From the NCBI RefSeq assembly GCF_009914755.1, contig NC_060931.1: DNA of 64,000 nt. One strand, 5' to 3'. The notes below the pieces were generated by a model. It saw nothing but the letters and a program-made list of their open reading frames with translations, had not been told where the DNA came from and did no database searches. The DNA comes from the human T2T-CHM13v2.0 reference genome, Homo sapiens. The stretch's first letter is position 1, and each line of letters opens with the position of its first letter. A program made the position numbers and the translations under genes. Shown one piece after another: positions 28,652 to 43,445 of this stretch.

Positions 28652-29079
28652 TTGGGTTAACCCAAGCCTGAAACAGATAATGTCCTAGATAATGGTCAAC
28701 AGTTATCTACAGTAAAATTCATCATGAAATAAGAGGAACTGATTTAAAAGTCTGGTTTTCACACCAAGAATCAAGAATTTGGCAGGAATGGTTTATGGTC
28801 TGTGAGGCCATTGTCAAAAACTTGCTATAATGGTGGAAGCTTTACATTCTAAGGAGGGGATTACGCAAGTTAATCTAGAACTATAAATATAGGAACCTAG
28901 GTATGTTTGAGCATTGACTGTACTTGAACCACTGTAATAAAACAAAATAAATATCCTTTCTTACAACTCAACAATCACCATGGCTGGAGTGAGTATTGCA
29001 TTGCAAATATTGGCGAGGCTGGATCACATGGGTCAGGTTGAATTATATCTATATTATAACTCAGGTAGTGTACGTAATA

Positions 29080-29310
29080 GTAATAATCAAAACACTTATA
29101 TATAAAATATGTATCAGACCATATGTTCTTTAAGTACAAAGTTTATTTAATTTTTTCAACATTCCTAAAAGCTGGTACTATTATGTCAGTTTGACCACTG
29201 AGAGATCTGAGTTACAACATGACTAAAGAAGTTGACTAAATAGTAGAGCAAAACTATAAATTAGAACAGTTTCTTTCAAGAGTCCGTGTGCTCCATCTTT
29301 ACCCTATATA
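29080..29310 (-). mobile_element. MIR
   Basis: Degenerate antisense MIR core (ggtactattatgtcagtttgaccactgagagatctgag). Confidence 0.55.
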
Positions 29311-30745
29311 AATTGCATTATAGATAAGCCTCTTGGGATTGCATAATTAATGTGTAAATCATAAAACTGGTATAGTTTCTAAATTATTCTTAGCATCTTA
29401 TGTATTAAAAGTAAGCTAATATTAATATGGTAATGTATCTGGTAATAGAGCTATAGGGCAATAGAAATACAGACTCATGAGTTATACTGACAAAATGCAT
29501 GAATCTCTTAAAAAATGCAAAATAGTCTGTAACATGGAGGCTTTTTTCTTTTATTTTGATTAAATTTACTATTGATGTAAGCTTCCCTGAAGACCTACAA
29601 GAATCACCAATTTAGAGAGTGACTGCCTGGAAGAAGCTATTATCTTACAATTCCAGCAATAACTAATTTTACTGGCTTTTGTTATATCTAACGTTTATAG
29701 TCGAAATCTTTCTTATGAGTTAGACCCTTTTATGTTTGTGTATTCGGCTCAATTATTCTATCTACACATTATACTGAAAGGAGAGATTTAGCAGACCCTC
29801 AGGAGTGAAATAGTATAGCTCCAAAATATACAGAAGGAACAAAGAGGGATTTCCTCCTGTACATGTAGACAAGCCACATACAGGCCAGAGAAATGATCAC
29901 ACAAGATATCTAATTTTGTTACTTATAACAATTTTATAATATTCAACAACTGTTATACCTTTTCTTTTGGGAAAATAATCTTCAAAATCAATTGGTTATG
30001 CTGTTCTGAAAACCAATTAGAATTACAAGTTTCAGACAAGCTGATAAAACAAAAGTGCTACTTCAATCTATAAATTGTCAGGTACAGACTACATGATTAA
30101 TGTATGTATCTACAGGGTCTACCAATTATTGTGCATTCCAGTTCCTCAGTGAAATATATAAAGCCTAGAATACTTTGTAAGAAGGTTTGCTTTTCTTTCG
30201 TCACATTTTTCTCCCACATCTTCAGATAAAACTACGTGAAAGCAGAATAAAGAAAATGAAAATTAATGCAGAAATGCCTTGGAAAATAAGTCATAGGAGA
30301 GATCTCACAGGATACACTCAAATATGATTGGACTTCTACATTACCTAAAAATCATGAAAACATACATGAGCTTCCGTTTTGTGGCAGGACTTTATATATT
30401 ATCTAAAATGTTATCATTGAGAAAATTGACAGATTTTGATTAGAATAAATAAGCAAATTCTATTGATATTACCTTTTCCTTCCAGTTGTTTCTTCAACTC
30501 ATTGCATGTCATAGTAATTACAGAGTTGTTCCTCATTTTTGGCATTTTTTGAGAAAATCAAATCAAAGCTAAACAAAAACATATTATGGACCTGGGAATA
30601 TCTCCCAGTGGGATGTTTCATTGAGGAGAAATGTTTATTGTGTGGACATTCATTATATTTTATCTATTTATCACTCTTTGAGGTTTTACAATTAAGAACG
30701 TCTATAAGATGAAACTCCTTTGAAGAATTAAAAAAAAAAAAAAAA

Positions 30746-30892
30746 GCTAGGCATTGGAGCTCACTTTTGGAATCCCAGAGCTTTGGAAGGCCAAGGTGGG
30801 AAGATCTGTTGAAGCCAGGAGCGTCAGACAAGCGTAAGCAACATAGTGAGAATCCAATTCTACAAAATAATATTAATAATAATAATAATAAA
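30746..30892 (+). mobile_element. FLAM (free left Alu monomer) with (TAA)n tail
   Basis: aatcccagagctttggaaggccaaggtgggaagatc...gcaacatagtgaga. Confidence 0.85.
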
Positions 30893-31377
30893 AGTGTAAA
30901 AGTAAAAAACAAATATGCAAAAAAATTCCAAATGACAACAACAAAAATCAGTGTTAGCCAGTATTAACTTTAGAAAACCGCATCAATGATTGCTTTTACT
31001 CTCAGCAAAGAACTCTTCTTACATAAAATGTGCCTTATGATTTTTATGCTGATCTCTAGTCTAAGTTTGTACATAATTAAATCGCAAAGTCAAAAGTGCT
31101 ATGGAGAATTAAACTCTACTTACTCCCATTTGCTTGCATATGTTGTGTGCTTAGCCTGGTGTTTCTAATTCTATCATGTACTTTATATAATCGTATCTGT
31201 TTATAATTCCTAGCATAAAAGGTATTCTCTAAATTCCAAATTTCCAACAATAATAAAACAAAACCACCAACATGAAACAGAGAAACATTTTACTGATGAA
31301 TTTTTGTGTGAAAGGGAGAGGGAGTAGTTGAAGATACTCAACTTACTCTTGACAGTTAAAAAAGTTATTTGTAAGTG

Positions 31378-31747
31378 TTTATTAGTCCATTCTCACACTG
31401 CTGTGAAGAAATACCTGAGACTGGATAATTTATAAAGGAAAGAAATTTAATTGACTCACAGTTCTGCAAGTCTGGGGAGGCCTCAGAAAGCTTACAAAGA
31501 TGGCAGAAGGGGAAGCAAACATGTCCTTCTACACATAGCAGCAGGAAAGAAAAGTATCAAGCAAAGTGAGAGAAGCCTTTTATAAAACTATCAGATCTTG
31601 TGAGAACTCACTATCACAAGAACAGCGTGAGAGTAACCACCCCCGTGATTAAATTACCTCCCACAAGGTTCCTCCCATGACAGATGGGGATTATGGGAAC
31701 TACAATTCAAGATGAGATTTGGTTGGAAACACAGTCAAACCATATCA
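31378..31747 (-). mobile_element. THE1C-like solo LTR
   Basis: attagtccattctcacactgct ... acacagtcaaaccatatca. Confidence 0.92.
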
Positions 31748-32099
31748 AAATTTATATTATTTCTATGAATTTGGTGTTAATCCTGCTTTCTCAAATAGAT
31801 TAAGGATATAGACTGTGTTTTAACCTCTATTTCATTATTTTATACCTTTGCTACATATAAAGGCAAAAATGCCAACATACTATTGTTTGAAAGTTTTTTT
31901 TAAGCTAACCTTTTTTTTTTAAATTACCTGCTGAAATAAAATAGGGTGTGGTGTTGAAGTAGCTATTTGAGAGAATAAGACATTCAAATTCAATCATTTT
32001 AGTGATATACTAGTTACATAAAATTCAGGTATTTTAAATACTGATATAATGCAAAGTAAGAGGACTGTAAATATAAGCTGAAGAGGCCATGTAATCTAC

Positions 32100-32340
32100 T
32101 GGTTTCATAGCATGGGCTTTGAGTAAAACAAATGTATGTTGTTATTGCTGCTGCTGTTGTTGTTTTCCACTACCTCTGATTTTAGGGAAGTTATTCAACA
32201 TCTTTGAAATCACAATTTTCTCAGTTATAAAATGAAGGAAAAAACCTAAATCATTAAGTGGTTGTGAGCATTAAATAATATCTAGCAAATAAAGCATATA
32301 ATAAATTTTCTCTCTCGTAAGTTTTTAATAAGTGGTCATT
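32100..32340 (+). mobile_element. MIR
   Basis: gggaagttattcaacatctttgaaatcacaattttctcagttataaaatg core. Confidence 0.65.
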
Positions 32341-32413
32341 ACATATATAACCTTGGACAAAATACTATGCTCTTGAACCTAAAGTATCTAATGTGTAAAA
32401 TGTAGGACATTCA

Positions 32414-34554
32414 ACTTCTGTGAAAAATTTTGTTGTTATTTTAATATAAATTGCATTGAATCTGTAGATTGCTTTGGGAAGAATGGAAATTTTAACAATA
32501 TTGATTCTTCCAATTCATGAACATGGAATATCTTTTCATTTTTTGTTCATCCTCTCCTATTTCTTTTATCAATGTTTCATATGATTTATTGTAAAGATTG
32601 TTCTTTTTTGGTTAAGTTTATTCTTAGATGTTTTATTTTATTTGTAGCTATTTTAAAGGAGATTAGTTTTTTTGTTTCTTTTTCAGATTGTTCACTGTTG
32701 GCATATAAAAATGCAACTTGTTTTTGTAAGTTGATTTTGTATTCTACAATTTTACTGAATTTATCAACTCTAATAATTTTATAAGATAATATCATTTGTA
32801 CACAAGAATAATTTGACTTCTTCCTTCCAAATTTGAATGCTCTTTATGTCCTTCTCTTGTCTAATGGCTCTGGCTAGGAGGAGTTCTAGCACAAGATTGA
32901 ATAATTCCCAAATTTGTATGGAACCACAAAAGGCCCCAAATAGCCAAAGCAGTCCTGACCAACAGCAAAAATGAAAACAAAACTAAACTAAAACATCTAG
33001 GGGAATCACATTACTTGACAATATTATATTACAAAGCTATAGTAACCAAAAGAGCATGGTTCTGGCATAAAAACAGACACCTAGACCAATGAAACACAAT
33101 AGGGAAATCAAAAATAAATCCACACTCATTTGCATCAACTCTTTTCTGACAAAGGTGCCAAGAACATACATTGAATAAAAAACAGCCTCTTCAATAAAAA
33201 GTGCTGGAAAAACTGGATATCCATATGCAGAAGTATCCATTAAAGTGGATTAAAGACTTAAATCAAAGACTCAAAACTACGAAACTACTAGAAGAAAACA
33301 TTGGGGAAACACTCTAGAACAATGCTGTGAGAAGAAATTTCTTGAATAAAACCTCAAAAACAAACACAACAAAAGAAAAATGGACAAATTGGATCACATC
33401 CAGCTAAGAAGCTTCTGCATTTCAAACAATCAACAAAGCGAAGAGACACTCCATAGAATGGGAGAAAATATTTTCAAACCACCCATCTGACAAGGAATTA
33501 ATAACCAAAATATATAAAGAACACAAAAAACTCAATAGACAAAAAAAACAAATAACCTGATTTTAAAATGACCAAAAGGCCTACATAGAAATTTATCCAA
33601 AGAAGACATACAAATGTTTAATAGGTATACGACAAATGCTCAAGATCAGTAATTATCAGAGAAATGCAAATTAGAAGCATAATGAGATATCATCTCACTC
33701 ACATTAAAATATCTTTTATCGAAAGACAGTCAATAATGGATGCTAGTGAGGATGTGGAGAAAGGGAAACCCTTGGGCACTATTAGCGGGAATGTAAATTT
33801 GTACAGCTACTATGGAGCATAGTATAGAGGTTTTTCAAAAAACTAAAAATAGAACTACTTTATGATCCAGTAATCCCACTGCTGGGCACACACACACACA
33901 CACACAGACACACACACAGGAAACAAGTATATCAAAGACATATGTAGTCCCATGTTTATTGAAGCACTGTTCACAGTAGCCAAGATATGGAATCAAAGGT
34001 AATGTCTATTAATGGATGAATACATGAAGAAAATATAGTTGATATACAACATGGACTATTGTGCAGCTGTAAAAGAATCAAATCCTGTCATTTGCAGCAA
34101 TATGGATACAACTGGAGAACACTGTGGTAAGTGAAATAAGCCAGGCATACCAAGACAAATATTCAATGTTCCCACTCGTATGTGGGAGCTAAAAAAAAAT
34201 TGAACTCATGGAGATAGAGAGTAGAATGATGATTACCACAGGCTGGAAAGGGTAGCAGGGATGGCAGGGATATAGAGGAATGGTTGACAAGTACAAAATA
34301 CAATCAGATAAAAGGAATACAATCTAGTGTTTGGTAACAAAATAGAGTTGCTATAGCTAATAATATACAATAAAGTCAAAATAACTAAAAGCAAAATTGG
34401 AATGTTCCTAACACAAAGAAATAATAAATGCTTCAGATAATGGATATCCCAATTACCTTGAGTTGACTACATTGTATGCTTGCATCAAAATATTATGGGC
34501 ACCCCATAAATATGTACAACTATTATATCCCCATAATTACTAAAAATAAAAAAA
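32414..34554 (+). mobile_element. L1MA3/4-like element with 5' inversion (antisense 32414-~32903, sense ~32904-34554)
   Basis: ORF 32586..32795(-) EYKINLQKQVAFLYANSEQSEKE; degenerate TSD taaaatgtaggacattca / taaaatgggagacattca. Confidence 0.87.
33887..33918 (+). repeat. (CA)n microsatellite
   Basis: Direct reading, one interruption. Confidence 0.9.
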
Positions 34555-34729
34555 TAAAATGGGAGACATTCACGTCTGACACCCCATGTCCTTTTTATGC
34601 TGTTTACATATATTTTTTAATTTATAAAATAATTTCAGCCATACTGGAAGCACTCAAAGAATAATGTGATTTTTATTTTTAATTTAAATACTATTGTTAA
34701 ATTTATTATTTTTAAAAAAGATAAAGTAT

Positions 34730-35010
34730 CCATCTTTTTAAAATTGACATTTCATTTATGATGTTCTCAAAGTTCATCTGTTTTGTATCATAAGATTTCA
34801 TTTTCTTTTAAGGCGAATAATATCACAACATATATATATGCTCCATTTTGTTTGTTCATCCATTCACGAATGGACATTTGGGCTGCTTATACCTCTTGGT
34901 TATGTTGCTGTGATCATGGTTGTGCAAATAACTCTTAAAGATCATGTTATACTTAACAGTGGTTAAGATGGTAAATTTTGTTATGTGCTTTCTTACCACA
35001 ATTTAAATTA
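34730..35010. mobile_element. Old L1M 3' fragments
   Basis: tttgttcatccattcacgaatggacatttgggctgc (antisense) then ggttaagatggtaaattttgttatg (sense). Confidence 0.6.
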
Positions 35011-35133
35011 AAAGATATGTAGTCACATAAACATTTATTCTATTTAATTAAAAGAATTGTATAAAAATTAAATATTTCTTGATAGATAGGCTTTTGAATA
35101 TTTGGAACAAAGCACAAACAAGAAAATAGAAAA

Positions 35134-35372
35134 ATCAAGCAAAGTGAGAGAAGCCTTTTATAAAACTATAGGATCTTGTGAGAACTCACTGTCACAAGAA
35201 CAGCGTGAGAGTAACCACCCCCATGATTAAATTACCTCCCACGGGGTCCCTCCCATGACAGATGGGGATGGGATTATGGGAACTACAATTCAAGGTGAGA
35301 TTTATTTGGAAACACAGTCAAACCATATCAAAATTTATGTTATTTTTACGAATTTGGTGTTAATCCTGCTTT
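35134..35372 (+). repeat. Dispersed duplicate of 31556-31789 (partial THE1 LTR + flank)
   Basis: About 13 substitutions and one 5-bp insertion over ~234 bp by eye; includes ~42 bp of non-LTR flank. Confidence 0.92.
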
Positions 35373-37253
35373 TACAAGTAAAAATGATTTTACTCGTAAT
35401 TTCATCAAGAGATATAATATATCTCTATTTATTCTATCAAGAAAATATTTTGACAATTCAAATCAGTGAACGCAAAACTGCCAAAATGACCAATTAGTTT
35501 TTTCCTCATGCTGTGAAAAACTGCATTAAATCTGTGATATGTCAAACAATGTTGTAGCTACCTGTTGTTATCCCTATGATGTATTTGAGATAAAGACTTG
35601 GGAGAAATGTTGCTACTTTCTTATTTTTGTTTAGATGTTTTCTAGGAAAATCACTTTTGAATAACGAAAGCATCTCACATTAATTAAGCCCTGTTCTCCA
35701 AAATGTCACTTAGGAAAAGCACAATACCTACAGATTAATGTAAGGTTTTTTATTTTTACAATTTCTTTACTGATTATATTTTCTTGACACCATGATATAG
35801 TTGAACCTATATGTTAGAATTAAGTTCAATTATTAATATGAATAATACATCAACATTCATAGAAGATTAGAAGTTTTTTAAATAATATCTATATATCTAA
35901 GAAATTATTTCTTCATGTGGAATAAATGTGGTTAAAAAGTGCACTGGAAAGAAACTCATGCACTTGAGGTTAATTAAGCTTCAAATTAAATCAGCATCAC
36001 TGAGACACCATAAAAAGACTAAGAAATGTATTTAGACTCAAATCAAAGGCATAAGTTCAACCTAACCCCTGAAATTGTACATTCATGGGACATAAATTAG
36101 AAAGTAAATGCTTTAAATTATATGTGAACAAAATGCACAAGTCTCTGCCTAATCCCTAAATTATGCATGCGCAGGAGAGACACAAAATGACGACGAAGGA
36201 TTTGAGAACTAAAATGATACTTGAATCACCACCTACAGAAGGCAAGACATATGGTATGAAACTACCTAGACTAAATGCCTACGAAAATTGGAAGTATCAC
36301 CAATACATCTAGAACATTACAACAGGACCAAGTCTATACAACATGGCATTCATAAGGGCCAAAATAAAATGTGCAATATGACACATAAAAAGAACCAGGA
36401 AAATGTGAACAACTATCTTAGGAAGAAGCAATGAATAGATGCCAACATCAATATCACTCAATATTTGTAGTTATCAGAAACACTTTAAAGCAGCTATCGT
36501 CACTATTTTCCAGAAGTAAAGAAAAATTTACTTAAAATGAATGAAAAGCTAAAATAAAGCTAGATAAAAGAATTGAAGTTGTGGAATTGAGAAATCCAAA
36601 ATCTGAAATTTAAAATACTACTCATAGCAGAATGAAGATAATAGAGAAAAATAATCAGTGACCTGGACCATAATTAGATATATAGAAATTATTTCGTCTG
36701 AACAAAAGAGAGAAAAAAATAGAAAAAAACAAATAAAAAGCTTTATGGACAGGTGAGGTAATATTTTAAAATCCATTATGCATATACTTGAGAGAGAGAA
36801 AAAGAGAGGGAGTCAGAAAACATATTTGAGGAAAAAATAATGCAAAATATCAGAAATTTGGTACTACATAAATTAACACACTGAAATAATGAGCAAATTC
36901 CAAGCAGTAAAAATTCAAAGAAAATTATGCCTGAAAACATTGTAGTCAAGATACTTAAAACCAAAGATAAAAGAAAATCTTGCTAGTAGTGAGAGAAATG
37001 GACACATTACAACAAGCACAATGGTTTGATTGCCTGGAGCTTTCTCATTGGAAAGCATGTAGGCCTGAAACAGTGAAAGATATTTTAAGCTGCTGAAATT
37101 AAAAAAAAAAAAAAAAAAACCATCAACACCGAATTCTGCAAACATGAAAATATCCTATAAGAAGGAAAGAAAAATAAATATATTTTCCGACGGAGAGAAA
37201 CTAAGATATGTGTATAATAAAGATATATAAACAATATATAAGTATACAAAATG

Positions 37254-37579
<326 letters not shown>

Positions 37580-39076
37580 AAATATACAAAATGTCTACCT
37601 GGCGCAAATATAATCTAAATTATAACAAACAGTGGAGATGATAGAAAGTATTTGGTGCAAGGTTCTACATTTAAACAAATTTTGTATAATATTAACTCTA
37701 TGTTTATGGATATCTATGTATATATCTTTTAATCTTTAGCAAACCTTTTTTAAAAAGATGTATAGCCTAAAACTAAGTACAAGAAAAATGTAATAATTCA
37801 AAAAATTTGAAACAAAAAAAAGGAAGACAGGAGAAACAAAAGATACGGGGGCAAACAGGAAAAAAATGTTGACCTAAATCCAACTATATACAAATAAACA
37901 TAGTAAACGTTAATGTTCTAAACACTTTAATTTCAGGGTGCAAACTGATAGAGATAACAGAAAAGAGAGAGAGCTAGGCTCAGCCTTTAAGAGATTTACA
38001 TTAAAACAAAGATAAGTTGAAAGTAAAATAGTGGAAAGTGTTTACTAAGCAAACATTGAATAAAAAAACAGGAGTTATATTAAGAATAGTTAAAACTGAT
38101 TTATAGAAAAAGAGTATAACGAAAGACAAAGGATATTATACAATATTGAAAGAAATAATTTATTAGTTAAATAAAACAATTATAAATGCTATGTGTCTAA
38201 TATCCTGGGTGCACAATACATTAAGAAAAAACTGACAATTGAATGAAGAGGTAGATAATTTCAAAACCATAGTAAGATATTTTTACACTCCCCCCATAAG
38301 CAATTGAGAAAAAAAAATAGACACAAATAATCGATTAAGACCTAAAATATTTGAACAAAGTATAAACCATTGTGCTATACCTGTCACTTATAAACAAAAC
38401 ACTGCATCTCACACTTACAAAGTATATACTATTTCCTAGTGCATATATCACATTCAACAAAATGAATAATATACTAGGCCATAAAACACATGTGTTATCT
38501 AACCATATGTAATTAGAGGCAAATAACAGCAAATATCAATGTACTAACAAATCATAGGAAAGAGAAAAACATTTTCAAATTAATAAAAATAAAAATACAT
38601 CTTATCAAAATGCTAAAGCTAGAACAGTGCTCTGAGACAAGTTTTATCTTTAAATACTTACATTCATAATGAAGCAGCCCAGAAGAAAGAGGAGGAAGAA
38701 AAGGAAGATAAGGAGAATGAGTATCTTAAGGAAAATAATAGCAAAGTATAATAAATCCAAAGTAAATAGAATGAATACTAAAGGTAAGACCAGATAATAA
38801 TACAAAACAACAAAAAATAGACAATAGAGGAATTTATAGGCCAAAGCTGCTTTTTGTCTGTGTGTGTGAAAGATCAATCCCTAGGTTAATCAAGTAAAAA
38901 AGAGAATGAAGAGAAATTGTCAATGTCAGAAAAAAAGTTGGGTTACGACCATGTATTATAAAAATATTAAATAAAATTTTAAGAAAACTGTTAATTTTTT
39001 ATGGTAAAAACTAAAACCTTTGAAATGAATCAATTTCTTCTGCAACACAAATTATCAAAATTTATACAAGAGGTAA

Positions 39077-39437
<361 letters not shown>

Positions 39438-41688
39438 GAATTTCTTATTACAAAACAGAATTCAAAGCTACAAACAAAAATGGTTTTACTTGTAAAATTT
39501 ATCAAAGGTTGAATGATTAAATAATACCACCTTATATAATTATTTCACAAAATACAACGAATAAAACTGTATGTTTGTGTTATGAGTTCAGAATAAACTT
39601 TACAACAAACAAAGCCTGATGATGTTATGGAAAAGAGAAAAGCACACATAGATCATTATCAGTCATGAATGTAGATGAAAAAATGCTAAATAGAATGTTA
39701 GCACATAAACAGAACAATATATAAAAATGATAAAACCTGAGGATCAAATATGTTTTATCTTAGGAATGCAAAAGTGGCTAAAATTTTGAAAATAAATTAT
39801 CGTAATTTACTATATTAACAACTAAAGATAAAAAATATGTAATCACTTCAGTAGGTGCAGAAAAAGCATTTAATGAAATTTTTAATAAAAAGTTGCAGCA
39901 AAATATAAATGATTGGAAACATCCTGAAAATAATGAAGGGCATCTATGAAAAACCTACAGCTAAAATCATACTTAAATGTCAAATAACAAATGTTCCCCT
40001 TGAGACCAGAAACCAGTAAATGATGATTGCTTTTACCACTTCTGTTCAACACTGGAAGTCCTGGCCATTACAATAATGCAAGTAAAAAAAGAGAAAAGTC
40101 ACAAATATCAGAAAAACAGAAGAAATGCTGTTTCTATTTGTGAGTGATATGATTGCTTACATAGAAAAACCACAAAATAACTCACAGAATGCATAAATGA
40201 ATTTAGCATGTTACATGGTTAGTGTAGAAAACAATAAACTGAGTTTTTACAAATTACCTCAAGCATTTGGAAAATGAAATTCAAAAATATAATTCCACTT
40301 ATATTACCCCCAAAACATAAAAGTATTTAATAAAAAAAGAAGAAATCTAAACACTTTACCTTGAAAATTAAGAATGTTGCTTCAAAAAGTTAAAGGTAAT
40401 AGATGAAGAATGAATGCTAAATGTGTGAATTACAGGACTCAACATTGATAAGAGCAATTTTCCCAAAACTGATCTATAGTTGTTATGTATTTGATTGCAG
40501 AACAATCAAAATTCCAGCAGAATTTTTCTGTTGTTATTGAAAAGCCTATTGCATTTAACTGAAACAGTTTTTTAAATGAAAAAGAAGATTGCAGGACTTA
40601 ATCTCTCTTATTTAAAGACTTTTCTATAAAGCTGCAAAAATCAAGACCATTTGGTATTGAAGAAAATATGTACATATAGATCAATGGAACCAAAAAGAGT
40701 GCAGAAATAGACCCACATATATAAATATATACCCAACTCATTATTGACAAAGGTAACAAAGCCATTCCACTAAAAAGTGTTGTATTAACTGAGTATAAAA
40801 ATATAAAAACTTAAAAAGTGACAACACAGCCTACATTTTTTAAAAAACATCAAGATGAATTACTGAACCCAAAACTTTGAAATTCTAGAAAAATGTCATA
40901 AACTAATTGTCATTTGGGGTATGCAAAAGTTTCTTAGAACATAAAAATCTAGAACCATAAATGTACTCATTACACCATGGAATGAAATATAAAATACAAT
41001 TTTAAATATTATAAACTTGTCAATAAAAAACAGCATAAAAATCGACATTGTGAGATGATAGGATACCAAGAGCTTCAATTTTATATAATGAGGTAATGTT
41101 TAATCTTATATTATTTTTACAGTGTTACTGAAGTCTATTTAAAGGAAAATATACCATATGCTTAGAGTGTACAATTTGATCAGTTTTGACAAATATAAGT
41201 ATGTTTGCAGATCCTCACCATTTATTTTAACACAGCCTCACCATACATTTCTTGGATGGATTTTGGTGCCAAAAAGTTGATTGTTGTTTTTTACTGGTAT
41301 TATTACTTAAGAGTTAATATATGCAACATTTAGCAAACATTTACCGAAGTACTCTATGTTTGAGATAAGGTACCACTGAACATTTACTTGAATGAAAATG
41401 AGTATAAAACATTTTTATTACTCAGAATTCTTAAAAGTTATACCACTATCTTCATGAACTAAGAATTACATTTAAGAAATCTGAAACAAAACAAATTGTA
41501 TAATGTAATCTGTTCTTTTAGTCCTAGGCTATTTTTATATTTATTATTAAAATTTATTACATTTCCAAGGAGAGTTATTTGGATTCTAGAAAATATACAT
41601 ATAATTTGTATCTGCCAAGTATCTTTTGTATTGTCTCTCTATATTTGATAATACCTTACCAAGGAAGAATCTTAAAGATAGACATACC

Positions 41689-41691
<3 letters not shown>

Positions 41692-41731
<40 letters not shown>
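41692..41731 (+). repeat. (TG)n microsatellite, ~20 units
   Basis: Direct reading. Confidence 0.95.
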
Positions 41732-41732
<1 letters not shown>

Positions 41733-42071
41733 TAAATGAGATAGATAATAGATGACAAGGTGAAGATTTGTAAATTTATTTCTGAGAATTAAATTTGTCA
41801 ATTATGTGAGGAAAGAAACAATAGATTTGGCATTCATTTTGCTAGTGTGCAAGATGTCATGTTGGTGGCAATGATACAGGACATATTTCCAATAACACAA
41901 GACAATGTTTTCTCTATTCAGGCATGTCAGATATATTATTACTACATAAATTCTGTGGTGTCATTGTATGATTTATACCTGAAAGTCTGTAACTCAAAAG
42001 CCATTAAATTTCCTTTGTAGCTTGTAAAGGGGGAAAAAAAAACATATAGAGGGGAAAATAAAATAGGAGGT

Positions 42072-42448
42072 TGTGTTAGTCAGTTCAAGCATCCTTAACA
42101 AAATACTCTAGAGTGAGTGGCTTAAACAATAGAAATCTATTGTCTCAAAGTTCTGGAAGCTGTAAGTCCAAGATCAGGGTGCCAGCATGGTTGGGTTCTG
42201 GTATTGGGTGTCTTACTGGCTTGTAGATGGCTGACTTCTTGCTGTGAGCTCATATGGCACAAGGAGAGAGACATGAAACTCTCTGGTGTCTCTTCTTATG
42301 AAAGTGCTAATCCCATCATGAATACTCTGCCCTAATGACCTCATTTAAACCTAATTATCTTTCAAAGGCTCTACCTTTAAATACCATCAATGTGAGGGTT
42401 AGGGTTTCAAAATAAAAATTTTGAAGGAACACAGTTCAGTTCTTAGCA
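42072..42448 (-). mobile_element. MLT1A-like solo LTR
   Basis: TG...CA ends, perfect 5-bp TSD GAGGT, gtccaagatcagggtgccagcatgg motif. Confidence 0.9.
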
Positions 42449-42549
42449 GAGGTATTTTCTCTTTTGTTACTAGTTTTCATAGGGGCCTCTGGGAGGGTTT
42501 TTCTTTGACTTTGATACACTCCGTCTTTTGTAGTTTATCTTATCAATCT

Positions 42550-43445
42550 TTAATAAAATGATATTGAAGCACAACATGCATGCAGTAAAATTCAACAATT
42601 AGCAGTGTACAATTTTATAAGTTTTGGTAAATATATACTATCATATGAAAATCATCTACTAATTGATTTCATTCTGGTTCTACTCCTCCAATGGAACAAT
42701 GACTGATATTACTGGTAATTGATGACTGGGTGCTGGACATTCCAAATTTTACATTGGGGTGAAAATTTTGTTGTATTCTTTTGAATAGTGCTGGATTTTG
42801 CCTGACATGCAATTAAATTATTTGGATTAGTTGAACCTCTTCAAAACTTGCTTTAAGATTTCCTAGAGTGCCTACAGAGTAGCTGTTGTGGAGAAAATTT
42901 AGTTCTGCTATTGTTTTAATAACCTTCTGCGGCCCACACTCTTCTGTGAATTAGGAGATCTTTCTATTCTGACTAATTAGAAGATAACTTTTTTGCAAAC
43001 CTATGTGCACTCTAAGGATTGATAGGCCTGCTACTTCTGAGTAATTCTCTCCCTGTCCTTGTATAATTTCCTTTCATTGATGCCCAGATCAACACTCAGC
43101 TAAAACTTGATTGACCCTCTTTGAATGTCTGTGATGCTATCTCTCTTTGTGGCTCCTTTTTTTTAATTATCTGCCCCCCTTCTCAAGCTGCATTAGCCTA
43201 CTTTAATTCTGGTATCTGTCTCTGCAACCGAGTGAGATCTCTGGATTTCATTTACATTTCTTATCCCTACACAAGGCTCATCTTATGTGTTTCTCTTTTT
43301 ACAGAAATCAGAGCCCTTTGCTACCTGTTGGCCAACATGTGAAAATCATTATTTCACATATTCTGTCCAGTTTCTTAGAGTTTTAAAGCAGTTGGAACAA
43401 TTATGTTCTCCCTGTTACTCCATCATAGTTGGAAGCAAATGTCTT
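42550..43445 (-). mobile_element. Old L1M 5'/3' remnants
   Basis: Similar to the L1M 5'UTR tract at 22.0-22.6 kb (ctcagctaaaacttga, ctgttactccatcatagttggaagc). Confidence 0.5.
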
